A DNA stretch of 64,000 bases from Dicyema japonicum (GCA_011109175.1 RDEW01000007.1:1378295-1442294); one strand, 5' to 3'. Shown: positions 25,791-38,600, counted from the first letter of the stretch. A program made the numbers and translations. Notes: a model not told the origin generated them from the letters alone.

Positions 25791-26281
25791 CGAAAAATTT
25801 AGCCGTTTTCAGTCTTGGACCCCAAGTCATGTCTCTAAGCAAGCCGAGGATCAGAAGAGAATGAAGCAACGAAGCATTTCGGAGGATCACTTGTTTGTCC
25901 CATCAAGAATCATTGGCTCATGAGCGGGTTTTACTTGTTTCTCGACAGAAACCGAAGGAATACGCGTCCATTACTTCGTACACGATTCCGACAGTAGAGC
26001 GAAGAGTCTACGATCTGTTTGAATAATTAAAGGTTGCTGATTTTGTCCGGAAAACGACCGCTCAGAATCCATACTTCCATGAAATATACATATTCTATAG
26101 CGAAACGATAGTTTGACTGTTTAAAGGAAGTTAAGTTGAGGGCTCTTCGAGAAACCAGAAATAACATATTTATTTAGTTCTTCCTTTTATTTATTGTCTT
26201 CTAAAGTGCATCATTCAAAACACGTAATTTTCAGTCAGACATCCTTTTCCCTTAACACAAAATAAGTCCACCTTATAAAAT

Positions 26282-26477
26282 CAGAGGTTTCCAAACTTTT
26301 TTACACGCCTCCCTAGAAAAATTATACAATCTTTGCGCCTCCCTTTATATTCCATGATATATTTTAGCCGAAACAATTTTTAAAACAAAAAAGTTAGTGA
26401 GATAATTTTTTTTCATTCTTAAGCTTTTTCGCGCCTCCTTTTGCACAAGTCCGTGCCTCCCATTTTGAAAACCTCTG
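26282..26477. mobile_element. hAT/Charlie-type MITE
   Basis: TIR cagaggtttccaaa / tttgaaaacctctg; flanked by ttataaa(a)t; four internal gcctcc repeats. Confidence 0.8.
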
Positions 26478-26481
26478 TTAT

Positions 26482-26484
<3 letters not shown>

Positions 26485-26528
<44 letters not shown>

Positions 26529-29500
26529 CAGAAATTTATTTATAACAATAAAATCGTTCTAAAGTCCAGCGGATATGATCGAGTGGCTGTTACCTCTGGA
26601 ACTACTGCCAGGGATATCTTTGGAAAAAGCCACTCGGTTTCCCGACGCTCCCTCGAGGCTTTGGTCAATAGACACCCAAGTGCTCTAAGGAAAGAGACCG
26701 TCTTGGGGCCAAAGACTCCGCTCGTCTCGACGACCACTGGCTGTATATGAAACGGTTTATGAGGCTGCTGTATTTCTTTATCTTCAGTTTTCATATAAAC
26801 GGGCAGCCTCTCCCGCTTTCATTGCCGACCTCAAAAGTTTCGACTGGGAAAAAGCTGTCAGTACAGGCAGCATCCCAAATTAAGCATTTGCCCCGAAGAG
26901 AAGGGGAAGACAGTAATTCCATCGGTCGCTTCCCATCATCCCTACTCAAGCCCGTTGGCTCTAGAATGGATGGTATCCCGCCAACTCGAGGGCGCGCTTC
27001 ACCACTTCATTTATAGCCTTGTGTCTAGCGAATCGACCTGCGCTTTTTCGACAAGAAAGGGCATGATGTCCATAGCAGTCGACCTTCGGCCGCATCGGCA
27101 CTCATGGGGTTGACAAACTTTCAATCCAAGTCTGATGGAGGACTCCGGTGCGGACCGTTTCATCGTCTAGGTGAGTTCCCACCGTTTCCAATTGTAGGGC
27201 ATGATCCAAGCCCCGCTCCACTCGCATCTTGCAGTTAAAAGACAGGCTCGTCGGTGTTGGTTAGATATTTCAAAGCCTCTCGTAATTTATCCTCGCAAAC
27301 AGACTCATAAAGGTCTCTCTGCCCGAGTTGTTTGACTTTAGGGTGTACCAAATCTTCGATCTTTGACGACTCTGATGGGAGCTGGAGAATCATCATTGAT
27401 CAAATTCTGATTGGAGTCCAATGAGGATTGATATGCCGGGTGTGCCAAATCAGATGGTGAGAGAATTCCGAGTCCACCAAAGCGAACGGGCAAGGTTGCT
27501 TGTTCCCATCCTTGTTCGTCGAATTCGACATTAGTAATACGTTCGGTCGTAGACCGGAATAGGGAGTCAATCGCCCCGAGTTGTTGCATTTTCAGGTAAC
27601 ATGGAGCCCTCGAAGGACGTAATTTAATTTCTGCGTGGATAAAGCGTTTTTCATGAGAAAAAGAGAGGTATGTGCATCCAGCATCCCAAGGCGTAAAAAA
27701 GTTTTTCTTAGTTGCTGTTCTTTAGCCAACAGAGTGTCGTTAATTCCAGTTTCAGCCAGAGGGCATCCAAGTATTTCCAAATGATCCGGCTGATTTCCGA
27801 TATTTTAGGAATAATCCCCCGAAACATTAATAGGATCCGATTCCATTCATATCGGGAGAATCCATAATTAACAATTTCGCATTTGGCTGCGTTTAGCTTT
27901 AAACCAAGCGTATCCAATTGTGTTGTAATCTCTGTAGACAGTCATATACATTGTTAGGATGACCTCCCAGGGTGCAATCATCCAAATACCACACGTTCAG
28001 CGGAGTAGTAAGGCATCTCATGACACGGTCGACACCGAGGCAGAACAATGCCGGTCCTAGTGGGTCTCCTTGTTGAACCCCACACGACGAGGGAATGAAG
28101 TATTTCCCATGTACAAGACTGGACGGTTTTCCATACGAACAATGAACATAATTATATATAGACGGGTAATGGGTAAGACAATCTTCCAAAATTACATCGC
28201 GCCGTATGGTATTAAAGGCGTTTTTTATGTCAATCTTGAGGACCACACAAGGCATGTTCGTTCTGTTTCCAGTAAACATCCGAACGGCATGAACCGCCGC
28301 CTCACATCCACCAGGAGTACCGACCCCTACTTGGGTTGGTCGCAGTTGTTTGACAAGCATCGGAAGGATTGCTCTGCTAGCAAGTTTAGAAGCCAGTCGA
28401 CGAAAAACAAACCCAACAGCAATAGGACGAATTCCTCCTCCACATTTATCAAAGGCAATTAACTTGGCGGAAAACATAATATGACGGATTGCTTCTGGTA
28501 ATCTTCCGGAAAGCATTCTGTTGATTAACCTCGTTATAGCCGATAATAGCCGAACACCAGAGTTCCCCGTATTCTGATCAATTAAGTCTTTTAGGTGTCC
28601 TGGACGGAGTCCGTCGAGTCCCCACTGCTGCTCGGGGCGAATGAGAGGATCGCATCTTTCACGTCCCCCTCAGAAATAATCAGACTAGGTAATTCTCCAG
28701 AGCAAGTAGGGATCTGCTCGTCCACTGGCGGACCAGGATGTCGTTCAACCAGTGCATCGTAGGAGTGTTCAGTTGGCTCAATTAGACGGTTATGCTCTTC
28801 TAGAGTCCTCACGGCGGCCCGGACTCCACCTTCAGATAGTTTGCGATGTATCGCTCTTCTCAATCTTTGTGTTTCTGAGGCATGGTTCTCGTGGTTTGAG
28901 GGCTTGAAGGTATATTCTCGGGAGTCACTGAACAAATTTCCAGAAGAAAACAAGCAAATATTCAGATAGTTTGCGATGTATCGCTCTTCTCAATTTTGTG
29001 TCTTTTTTTTCTGAGGCATGGTTCTCGTGGTTTGAGGCTTGAAGGTATATTCTCGGGAGTCACTGAACAAATTTCCAGAAGAAAACAAGCAAATATTTCC
29101 TTTACAATAGACGTGAGCGATTCCTGATCTTTCCTCTTTCTGACAGGGCATACATTAGCGTGTATGGTGCAAAGTAGAATAATCGTGTCCAATCAACTGG
29201 GTCAGTCGAAGAAATTGCCCTTTCAATACAATCGTGTAAACAGTCGGCGGCAGGAACACGGGCTGCTTTTGGAATTTTGATCATGATCCTTCGTGTAGAT
29301 GCCAGGTTTGCAATTGATTCAAGGGTTTTCTGTAATCTATTGGTATTCGTTCAGGTGAATTTAGGTGGAGTCGATGGTGCTTTCGTCCCAGGAAGGAGGC
29401 ATGCCTGGCAACACCAGTTGGTAATGGTGGTAAGGGCTTTTTGGTCATTCCAAACACATGACATGTGAAAAACGACGAACAAACGACACAACATATCAGC

Positions 29501-29650
29501 CGCTTTCTTTTGTTATTTTATTGCAAAATTCACAAAGCTCTTCTCTTTTGTCGATCTTGTGCATATCGCTTCTGGTTACTTCTTCTTTTTCTCAATTACA
29601 CCACACCACCACACACCACGTTTTTGAAAAATCAAATTTCTCACTCGGCG
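26485..29650 (-). mobile_element. Apparently full-length CRE-clade retrotransposon (subfamily 2), frameshifted
   Basis: RT motifs IRPIAVG, LKIDIKNAFN, GVQQGDPLGPALF, WYLDD; REL C-terminus; 40-nt poly(A); candidate TSD ctgttataaa (26475-26484) / ctgtttataaa (29651-29661). Confidence 0.9.
28831..29095. repeat. About 130-nt tandem duplication within the CRE element
   Basis: ttcagatagtttgcg...caagcaaata at 28831-28960 and 28961-29095. Confidence 0.9.
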
Positions 29651-29723
29651 CTGTTTATAAATTATCTCAAAATTGAAAAGTAAGGCACAAAGATAACAAA
29701 ATAACGCTAAAATCAAAATCAGT

Positions 29724-31064
29724 TCATTCAGATAAAACATCAATATTCACAATTTGAGAGCATCGACTATCCACCCAGGAATTTCAGTGTACCGCCTTTT
29801 GAAAAAAATTCTGGCAAAAAGAAGGAAACACCCCATCAATAATGGCATCCCTCATTCTCTTAAAAAGTCTCATCTGACAATAACAACCCCCATACCTGAT
29901 AGGCAATATTGTGCAGACTAAGTAAGGAGGCCACCGAACTTTTTTGCTTGTTTTTTATTAAAAAGTGAATAAATCCGCGGGAATAGCTTCTACAGGTAGA
30001 ACATGTGCAATCCTCATCAATTGGTGACATGTCTGCTGAAAATTCCAGACTCGATAGTCTCAGACTTCCGGAGTCGACCAGAGCGTTTCCAAACCTCTAC
30101 AACTTGACAATATTCTAATACAGCTGTCCTGGTGGGGAAGACACAGTCAAACATGTCCACCCCCAAGGCAACGAGGACAACCAAATCTTCAGCATAGCTT
30201 AAATCATTATTTGAAAAAACCCAACTCCCATAGCATAACGAGGACGGTCACGTGGAAGATACTGAGTACATAAAACAATACTTCTCCAAAACTCATCCTT
30301 GCTTTCTCCCCACTAAGTCCCCCAATGGCATAACCAGCGTAATCCCCCTTAGTTAGTTCATTGAGACATTTGATTCTCAGTTCTGAGTTTGTGGCTCCCT
30401 GAATTATTGGGAATAAATTCTGAGTTCAGGATTTCTGTTGGCCTTATAACACCGTTCTGCCCAGCGAATTGTCCTTCAATTATTTTCTCACAAAACCTTT
30501 CCATAGCATCCAAAACCACGTGGCATTTCAGTGGAAGGATTAACCACATCATCCAACTGCATCATAATGTCCGAGCCTACATTAAAAAATCTCAAACCAA
30601 GTAATTTTGAATTTCGATGGACTTTTCGGGGGTTAAAAAGCATTTGAGAAGAATCGTGGGGGGAACAGAAAAGGACTCCCTCCTCGCTCATTGAAGAGAA
30701 GCTCAAAAGTGATACCATTTGAAAGCCTCCACTATCCTAAAATTAGCATTTTATTAACCGTAAGAATTGAATTTTTCCAATTCATGAACTTATGAAGACC
30801 TCCAGCTAATTTGATGACTTCAGTCCCCTCAAATAATTAATCAGAGTACAGGACGGTGACCCAAGTGGTAGGTGTTCCCTAATATGATTTTACATCCCAA
30901 TTCCTCGAGTTGTGAAGGTAGAAGTCCTTTGACTGTCCCTTGAGTACCAACTGGCATAAAAACAGGCGTAGGAACTACTGAATGTGGGAGACTTAACAGT
31001 CCAGTACGTGCCCTCCCAGTAAATTGACACTCGCTTATTAATGAGAACTTTAAGGACAAGCCAT
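29724..31064 (-). CDS. QTRT1: Queuine tRNA-ribosyltransferase catalytic subunit
   Basis: [65 protein letters not shown]; 22-nt introns (e.g. 30828-30849); single-base homopolymer frameshifts at 30635-30639 and 30308-30311. Confidence 0.92.
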
Positions 31065-31399
31065 ATTTAAAATTTAAATAATTTTAGTTTTTTATTTGTT
31101 ATATTAATATTTTTTTTAATTTAAATCACAAATTAATTATGAGTGGATATCATAATTTTTGCTGAGTGCAGGTGCTTAGAGTATGTCGACGTTAAAATGC
31201 AGTCTCCCATTTATTATTCAGGCCGCGGTGGGTAATAATCATTGAAAAGTTAAATAGATTATTTGTATTGTACACAATCTGTGATACTTTATAAACACTA
31301 AAATGAGAACGATCATTATCTTCAAGAATGAAGGAGGTATTAAGTGGGACATAAACGAGAATACATAACTCCCCTTTGAAAAAAATAGAATAACGACGA

Positions 31400-32330
31400 G
31401 AAACCTCGTTCACTCGTGAGAAATGGCATTTCCACTTGAGTTAACAGGCTTAATAACTCGCATTGTGATGTTTGATCCTCCTATTAATGTGGGAGAAATT
31501 TTGGTAATTTTTTATAGTGGATCTCAATTTTTACTATGCTTGCCTAATGATTCATGTCTCCCATTTAGTTAGTAGATATTAGATGATTCTTGGATCTCCT
31601 ATAAATTTTTTTGATTAACCTACCGAACAGCTCTCCTTATAAATTTCTTTGATTCTCTAAAAGTTCCCTAAACTGCGAGCTGACGTTAGGAGAAGATAGC
31701 TGGTGATACCAGTCCACCGCCGTATCCTCGGCCTCCTCGATAATTGTCTGAGTGATCAGCGTAAGATGACTGGGGTGCCTGTCCATATTATCCTTAAATA
31801 ATTAGTCACGTGTGGGTGTGTTTTGACAATTTGTGAATCAAACCATGGTTTTGAATGACATTTTTGGAATCAAATAAAAATTTTCGACTGATCTCAGAAT
31901 TGAAAGATGTCAATAATTCACTTACACAAAATGAAATGTCAATGCCATATTGGGGATCGATTCAGATTTGAGACAGGTCCTCGCCATTATGTCGAATGTT
32001 CTCGCAGTTGAATCATCTGTTGCCCTTGAGCCTGCGACCTGGAATTCTTGAGTCGTCTAAGGAATCGGATTTATACACGAACAGGAGACCCTCGTTAGCG
32101 ATGCTGGTTATAAAATGGATGAGTAATCCAATTATTGCAATCGTATTAAAATTACAACAACCAAGATAGTCTAACAAATCATGCTTTATTCCACTTGAGT
32201 ACGGAGAGTCCATCCTCCCAGAAGCGAACCAAGCGAACTGCACTGTTAGTAGCCGATAAAGGAACTGCCCACACAAAATGAACTGCCTTTACCTATTTCC
32301 ACTATTAATGTCTGATTTAGTAAAATCATT
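31400..32330 (-). CDS. Possible multi-exon gene, unidentified
   Basis: Open frames separated by short GT-AG stretches (e.g. ISRKFLFDSK..., QTIIEEAEDTAVDWYHQL); no full model built. Confidence 0.3.
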
Positions 32331-32689
32331 CCAATTTGAGAAAAGTCAAATTAATTAAATTAAAATTGATTTGATAAATTGGCCCGAAATTGAATTGATT
32401 AATAAAATGGCATTATTCATAGCAAATTTCGATTGAATTGCATGAATAACCGATATTAGGCATTTAAATACATCACAAACTCGCTTCACGAATGAATCCC
32501 ACAAACAACGAGTTTGTTTCATTTTTACTTATAAGAATTGGTTTTCAGAAATTTGAAGATATTCTTCCTTTCATTTTACTTCTTCCTTTGCCTTACTTCA
32601 TCCCCCATCATAATTCTCCCCACCGTGAAGTGTTTTCATCTGACAAGAATGCTGATTTCAGTCACACTAAAGTTAGTGGTGGTAGGTTG

Positions 32690-32967
32690 ATTCAAAGAGG
32701 AAACATAAAATTGAAATATTCGCTGAAATATTCAAGAAACGACGGGTTGAAATGAGTAATTTTTTATTAAACAAAGAATATACCCAAAACCAAGTCATAA
32801 CATCTATGCAGAAAAACTGTAACATAAAAATAAGCCAAACGACCGTTTCTAGATTTGAAAATTGCACTTTGGGGCTGAAAAATATGAATAAATTGCATAA
32901 TTTGTTTAAAAAATGGCTGGACTTTGTGAGCACTGACAATATGGATCGCAATGAAGGTTCCAAATAA
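32690..32967 (+). CDS. POU-specific domain protein; no homeodomain found
   Basis: IEIFAEIFKKRRVEM[21-nt intron 32756-32776]KYTQNQV...ISQTTVSRFENCTL..KNMNKL..LFKKWL, stop at 32965-32967; 5' exons unresolved. Confidence 0.8.
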
Positions 32968-33179
32968 ACTAATTTCACTAAATTAACACTTTAAATCTTA
33001 TTTTGTATTTTTTGACGATTTTACTGCGACTGGTAGTTATTCTCATAGGAAATTTTAATTTTTCACAAATTTCTCACTCGGCGTTGTTGACATAAAAATA
33101 TGGTTTTCTGGTTTTGGTGAATCCTCGATTCACTGAACCCAATATCAGTAATTTTAAATTTTATTTAAATTATTTGCCC

Positions 33180-33320
33180 TTGGTCACATCAATTTCTCAA
33201 AATATTTTATTTTCAATTAAGGATCAACGAGAAGGGTTATGGCTAAGACAAAAGATTGGAATAGCCATACTCCAAGGGAACTCGTTCGCAATCCACGCAG
33301 CAGGCTTCCTCAACTGACAT
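33180..33320 (+). mobile_element. CRE-type 3' tail relic
   Basis: GLWLRQKIGIAILQGNSFAIHAAG. Confidence 0.65.
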
Positions 33321-33853
33321 TTGTTTAATTGTTAAAAAAAATTTTTCTTTAAAAAAAATTAATTTTGTCGAAATAATTTTCAATTTTTTCCCCAACTGAT
33401 CCTTTACGGAGTTCTATATTCAATTATCCAATTGGTAATCATTTTTCACTGCCTCAAGACATATTGTTGCGCAAGAATGAAGTAAACAGTCAAGAAATAT
33501 GTATCCAGTTACACGGTCACAGACGCATAGAAAACCAGGATCATTCCTTCTTCCAACTTATCGTGGGGGGATCAAACCTATAAATTAAATATACCATAAA
33601 AAACGCTTATCAGGTCAACAAGGATGACTAAAAATCACACTCAAATTGAAACAAACAGCGATTTTGAAAAAAAACATAAACGTCAATAATGCTGATTTAA
33701 ATTTGTCAATTTTGTGTCTTCACTGGAAGCAGCCGCATTGTGGAAAATTTTAATAAAGCGAGAACATGCTTTAAATATATCCTCAGTGTAAGCGACTATC
33801 CCAAAATTTTTAAGTCAAAAAAATTAAAATAATTAAATTTCATGAGTAAAAGC

Positions 33854-34157
33854 GCCAGTCTGGATGGCTTAGTGTAATAAGTCCCGGACCAAAATCATGA
33901 GATCTCATGTTCGAATTTCCCTGCTGTCCATTCGGTTGAAGGTTCCACGAATCTACGATGCTTTGGGGTTGACGAGTGACGCCGTCATCAATGTTCAGCA
34001 CTGAACTTGGTTGTTTTCTGGACTCACACACAAAAAAGAAAATCACAAGAAGTCAAGAACACTTTCAATGTCTTGGATATGCCTTGGATTAGTTAGCATT
34101 ACTGTTTTTGCGTCTTAAAATAAAGTGTGAGTTCTGCCTAAGGTGGGTTTAAGTAAT
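33854..34157 (+). mobile_element. SINE2 (tRNA-derived head plus conserved core), copy 1
   Basis: A-box-like tggcttagtg, B-box gttcgaat; core and tail shared with 38300-38600. Confidence 0.75.
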
Positions 34158-35011
34158 GGAAACGTTACCTACTCCTTGCCGACAAGACTGTGTTATATAC
34201 ATTATAAGCGACGGGTATGGACGGTGACAATCTGATATTGGTCGGGAGACCCTATATTTAAATTAATTCTTATATTTGATCAAATCCAAGACATCGAAGA
34301 CTTGGGGAGGGGACACAAACTGTGCAAGAGATATTAAACTTGGTGAGGATCGCTCACAGAACAAATTGGAAATATGAAACCAATATCTAAGTTTTATTGC
34401 GGTGTTGGAGACGGGCAGCCACTTGTTACGGAAAACTCTAAACTTCGCAATAATTATGAATTACCAGACGTATTGCCTGCAAGATTTCTCTAAAATGGGG
34501 TCTCCAGTATCGCCTTGAGGTGAAAGTCAGGAGATTCCAGGATACTAAAACAAAGACTAGGAAAAACTATACATGGACATCACTTACTTAGAGGATAACT
34601 CATCTCCTCTTTATTTTGGTTTCCACAGGTAGTAAAATAATTTTACCCCCAGTCCTTCAATGATGGAAACCGAAGGTAACTGAAAAGTAACAACTAAAAA
34701 CTAACACTTCCAGTGATCTATCCGCCGTATTTGATGTGTCGCCAGATATTGTAAGCATAAGTAGAAATACGGGTTGATACCTTAAGATTCACTGACACAA
34801 AAATACAGTATAACCATATATTGCTAAAAAACTCCAGAGTATGGTAATTGTGTCAAACATTGGATAAAGGTGTCTGGTGAAGAGTTCATCCTTGTTTTCG
34901 ACCAAAGGAGGAAAAACAGTGGAGAGATATGTGGATTCTTGAAGTCAACTCCAAGAAGAGGTTGATTTCTATCGATTTGGATGAATAATCGCAATGGTAA
35001 TTAAATCTAAG

Positions 35012-35083
35012 GTCAGTTCCAAGCTTAGTGGTTTGAATGTCATACTATAACAATAGTCCTGGGTTCGATTCCCCCCGCTGGCT
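35012..35083 (+). pseudogene. Degenerate tRNA-like sequence, probably a solo SINE2 head
   Basis: 72 nt, ggttcgattcc B-box, partial acceptor stem gtcagt/gctggc, followed by T4; D and anticodon arms do not form. Confidence 0.55.
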
Positions 35084-35418
35084 ATTTTCTCGAAGGTTTC
35101 TCTTCCTTTTCTTGGTTTCTTATCATTTCTCATTTTACTGAAGTCTCGTCATTCGATTCGTCTACCTCGATTGACGCCCAGTGGCAGGATGACTTCCCCA
35201 TTCCATTGGAGGGGTTCCCATAACTGCGAGGACTGGATGTTTTCTTCCCTTTCCGTTGGTCCTGGATGGACTTGCGTTTGTGCAAATTGATCAGGAATGA
35301 TGTCAGAAAGTAAATAATATATCTTTTGGGAATATTAAAGTACAAAATTATATAATTTATGAATAAATCAATAAAATAATTAAATATATATTTATAAGAA
35401 CAGAAATTAATTAATTTG

Positions 35419-38201
35419 ATGTGTTTACTGTTATTGATACTCCAATACGTTTCAATGTCAAATTTGTTTGGGATCTTGATAATGGTATCCAATAAAGCTA
35501 ACATCCCCTTTATAAATAATTACTTTAAAAGTAATCAAGCAACCAATTTCAATATATCGCACCACACTGTTGCTATAAAACATAATCCCGCCGAAATGGT
35601 GGATGAACTATGCCAAAAGATTGCCTTAGTGAAACCCAATATTGTCATACACAGCTTTGACGACCAAAAGTGGAAGAAGGCCCCTCTTATTTTAAATTTA
35701 TTAAATTACATAAATATTCCAGTGATGACAATCGAATCCAAAAATAGAATTTTAAAAAATAATGTATTTTAATCTGATAAGGGCAGAATGAAATACGAAT
35801 GACCCCGACTCTGCTAGACGAGGCGAATGCATGGATACTGCTGTTGCAGCAAAATAACTGGACTTGTGTTATTTACATCCACAGTGGGGACAAGATTGGA
35901 CAGTTCATGCTGAGCAGACTTAAAAATATTACAACGAATATACACGTTTGAGTATATTATTGAGGTTAGATTCAACTAGAAATGGTGGTAACACACAAAA
36001 CTAAAAACATTTCTAGGGAATTGTTGAAAATCAAAAGATTTTCCGCGAACATTATTATCGGATTTTTTGAGTAGTCGAGTTGTAAATTTTAGGGAAAACG
36101 TCGCCCTTGACCTTGTTGAGGCGGCAAAAAAATTGAATTTGATGAACCCGCCGTATGTTTGGCTGGTTAACCAACCAATAATAAATTTAAAAACCCCTGA
36201 CGGTTTTCTTTCTGAATATTAAAGGATTGCTAACTCTAGCTAATCACCTGAACGATGAATTGAAGATTATACAGGACGCCATAAATATCATAAACTATAC
36301 CTTCAGATTCTCGAATTTAGTCAACAAGGAGTTCGCACGATTTGATAGTTGTTTCAAGGTACCAAGTAATCCTTTGGACATTTTAAAGTAAACTTATCGG
36401 TACCTCTAGTATTATCACCAAAACGAATTCTGCTGGATTTTCTGGAAAGATTAAATTCTCGTCAAGCGGGGATCGCACGTCAAACGTGTTTAGTTTACTC
36501 AACAAACAAAAAAACAAATTGATTCAAACGGGAGAAGCAATTTTAGTCGATAAACATGTAGTAAGCATATTACATGGAAGATTACTTTGAATATGAATAA
36601 GGGGAACATATTATTTCCCGGAACCTCCCTTCCGATTCCTCTCTGTAATAGAAGAACTGACTTTGGCGTTCCAAAGAACAAACTATTCAGGGTCACTTAC
36701 ATAATTCACTTTTAGGTCATTTCCAAAGAGGTCGTGCCTTATGTTATGAAACATCTTTTGAACCAATCCTGCCTTCCTGGGGAGGTGAAGTGCCTCTATG
36801 TTGATTCTTCCAGTATAATATTTTACTCGAATAGACAACAAAGCACAACATTGCTGTTTTGGATTCCTAATCGACATTTTGAGTTTATATATGAAGGAGT
36901 TAAACCTCCCCCTGGAACTCACTATCACTAACAAAACGTATGGAACCTTCGACAACGTAACGTTCAACTAACTTGTAGCACAAACAATATTTTAAATATT
37001 GGGATGGACTTATAGGAGATTTGGTTAGCGACAAGGTTGATGCTGTGTTCGCGCCTCTCTACATCACAACTGACAGGGCAAAGTTTATATCTTTTACGAT
37101 CGCTTTTGGAAACCAGGAAGTCATAATTGCACAAAATAAAGTAACTTGGCTTGTAAATCTCTCGGAAACCAAAAGAAGTCGATGTCCTCAATTTTCTAGA
37201 ACCATTTTCTGTCCAATTGTGGGTATGGATTTTGATATCAGTGAATATTATTGCTGTCGCTTTATGCTTGTTTGATTCATTCTCGACATATAAATGGGGT
37301 CAGATTATTGGAAGGGTCAATTTCTTGAGTACATTCTGGTTTTCATGGGAGTAGCCGTCAATTCAGGTCTCGGAGAAGGTCGTCCTGTTATTAATATTAG
37401 GTAATCCAAAAGTTTGTCTGGACATGCCTTGTCGTTTTTCTGGGCATTCTTTACTATGTTCATTTCCGCCTCATACACGGCACAATTGGCGGCAATGCTG
37501 GTGGTGGAACAGGCAGAATTCAATGAAGTCGTAAAATATGGATTGCCGGTATGGGAGTTGATTTGTTTTAGGGAATGGTTTTCGGAAGAAGTGAAAATCA
37601 ATTCACCTCCGAAGCCTTAATGTCCTTCGAAATGTTGGAGATATCCAAGAGAATCAAAAAAACATATCCCTCTACGGACGCGGGAATATCAGCCTTAGCG
37701 AACAAGTGGAGTTGATTTGTGACCAAAATTAGAGAAATTGACGGATTAGTGATAGAAAAGGAACGCCTTGTTTACGAAAGCTACAAAGAATGTAATTACA
37801 CAATTCTGCACATGAGTATTACTGACTTCAATTTGGGGATTGGGCTGCAGATAAACAGCTCTTACAAACCAATCCTAGATAATTTGATAAGACGTCTAAT
37901 AATGAGTAAGAACGAAGTAAGCCTCATTGTAGACGATGAGATCAATAAATTGGAGATAAAGTGGCATTTGAAATTTGCCAAAAATAACTGTTCTTTGGAG
38001 ATTGACAACTTGTTAGGAAATTTCTACAAAACAGCGGGTTTGATTAAATATGTTATTTAAGGTTTATTTGCAACCACCGTTTTTGGGATTTTTGTAAGTC
38101 AGTTAGTTCTTATTCTTGAAATATTGTCATTCAACAATTTTAAAATATTAAGAAAGTGTGCCAAATTATTTTGGATTAATTTAAAGAAAATAAACCGATA
38201 A
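35419..38201 (+). CDS. GRIN1: Ionotropic glutamate receptor, NMDA GluN1-like subunit
   Basis: CCFGFLIDIL, WDGLIGDLV...APLYITTDRA, FLEPFSVQLW, WFSW-GVAVNSGLGEG, SYTAQLAAM, GIGLQINSSYK, M4 AGLFA...ILEI; many 22-27 nt introns; one-G frameshift at 37347-37349. Confidence 0.88.
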
Positions 38202-38299
38202 ATATTAATATTCACTAATTTTCTTTTAATAAAAATTAGTAATTCTTAGTGTTTATTTTTTGAAGCTGTTAGTTTAGTATTAAATAATGTTAACTATTT

Positions 38300-38600
38300 T
38301 TTCCCCGTGGCATAGTAGTTAGGTGTTGGGCTTAAGTGGCTTAGGCTACAAGTTCGAATCTCGCTAATGTTCACCTGGTGGAAGGTTCCACGCATCTACG
38401 ATGCAGAAAGGGTTTGACGAATGACGCCGTCATCAGTGGATACTCACTGCGGAACTGGATTGTCTAGAAAGGACACTCACACAAGAAAAAGAAAAAAAGA
38501 AGTGAAGATCATTCCTTGGTTCTACGATTAGTTAAAATTAACTGTTCTTTACTTAAATAAAGTGTGTGTCCTTCCTATGCGGAGCTATAAATACTATGGC
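38300..38600 (+). mobile_element. SINE2 copy 2
   Basis: tggcatagtag A-box-like, gttcgaatc B-box; core gaaggttccacg.atctacgatgc...tgacgccgtcatca and aaataaagtgtg tail shared with copy 1. Confidence 0.75.

Noticed and set aside
31640-31800. PXA-domain (sorting nexin) similarity
   Set aside because: Resemblance rests on a W-Y pair and spacing only.
33950-34000. ttgacga plus hairpin in the SINE2 core as a hammerhead
   Set aside because: The core lacks the initial C and the GAAA in both copies.
34800-34960. Gypsy integrase C-terminal relic (GKTVERYVDS)
   Set aside because: Single short motif with no LTR, RT or integrase core nearby.
35012-35083. Functional tRNA gene
   Set aside because: D and anticodon arms do not pair and the T stem is weak; treated as a relic.
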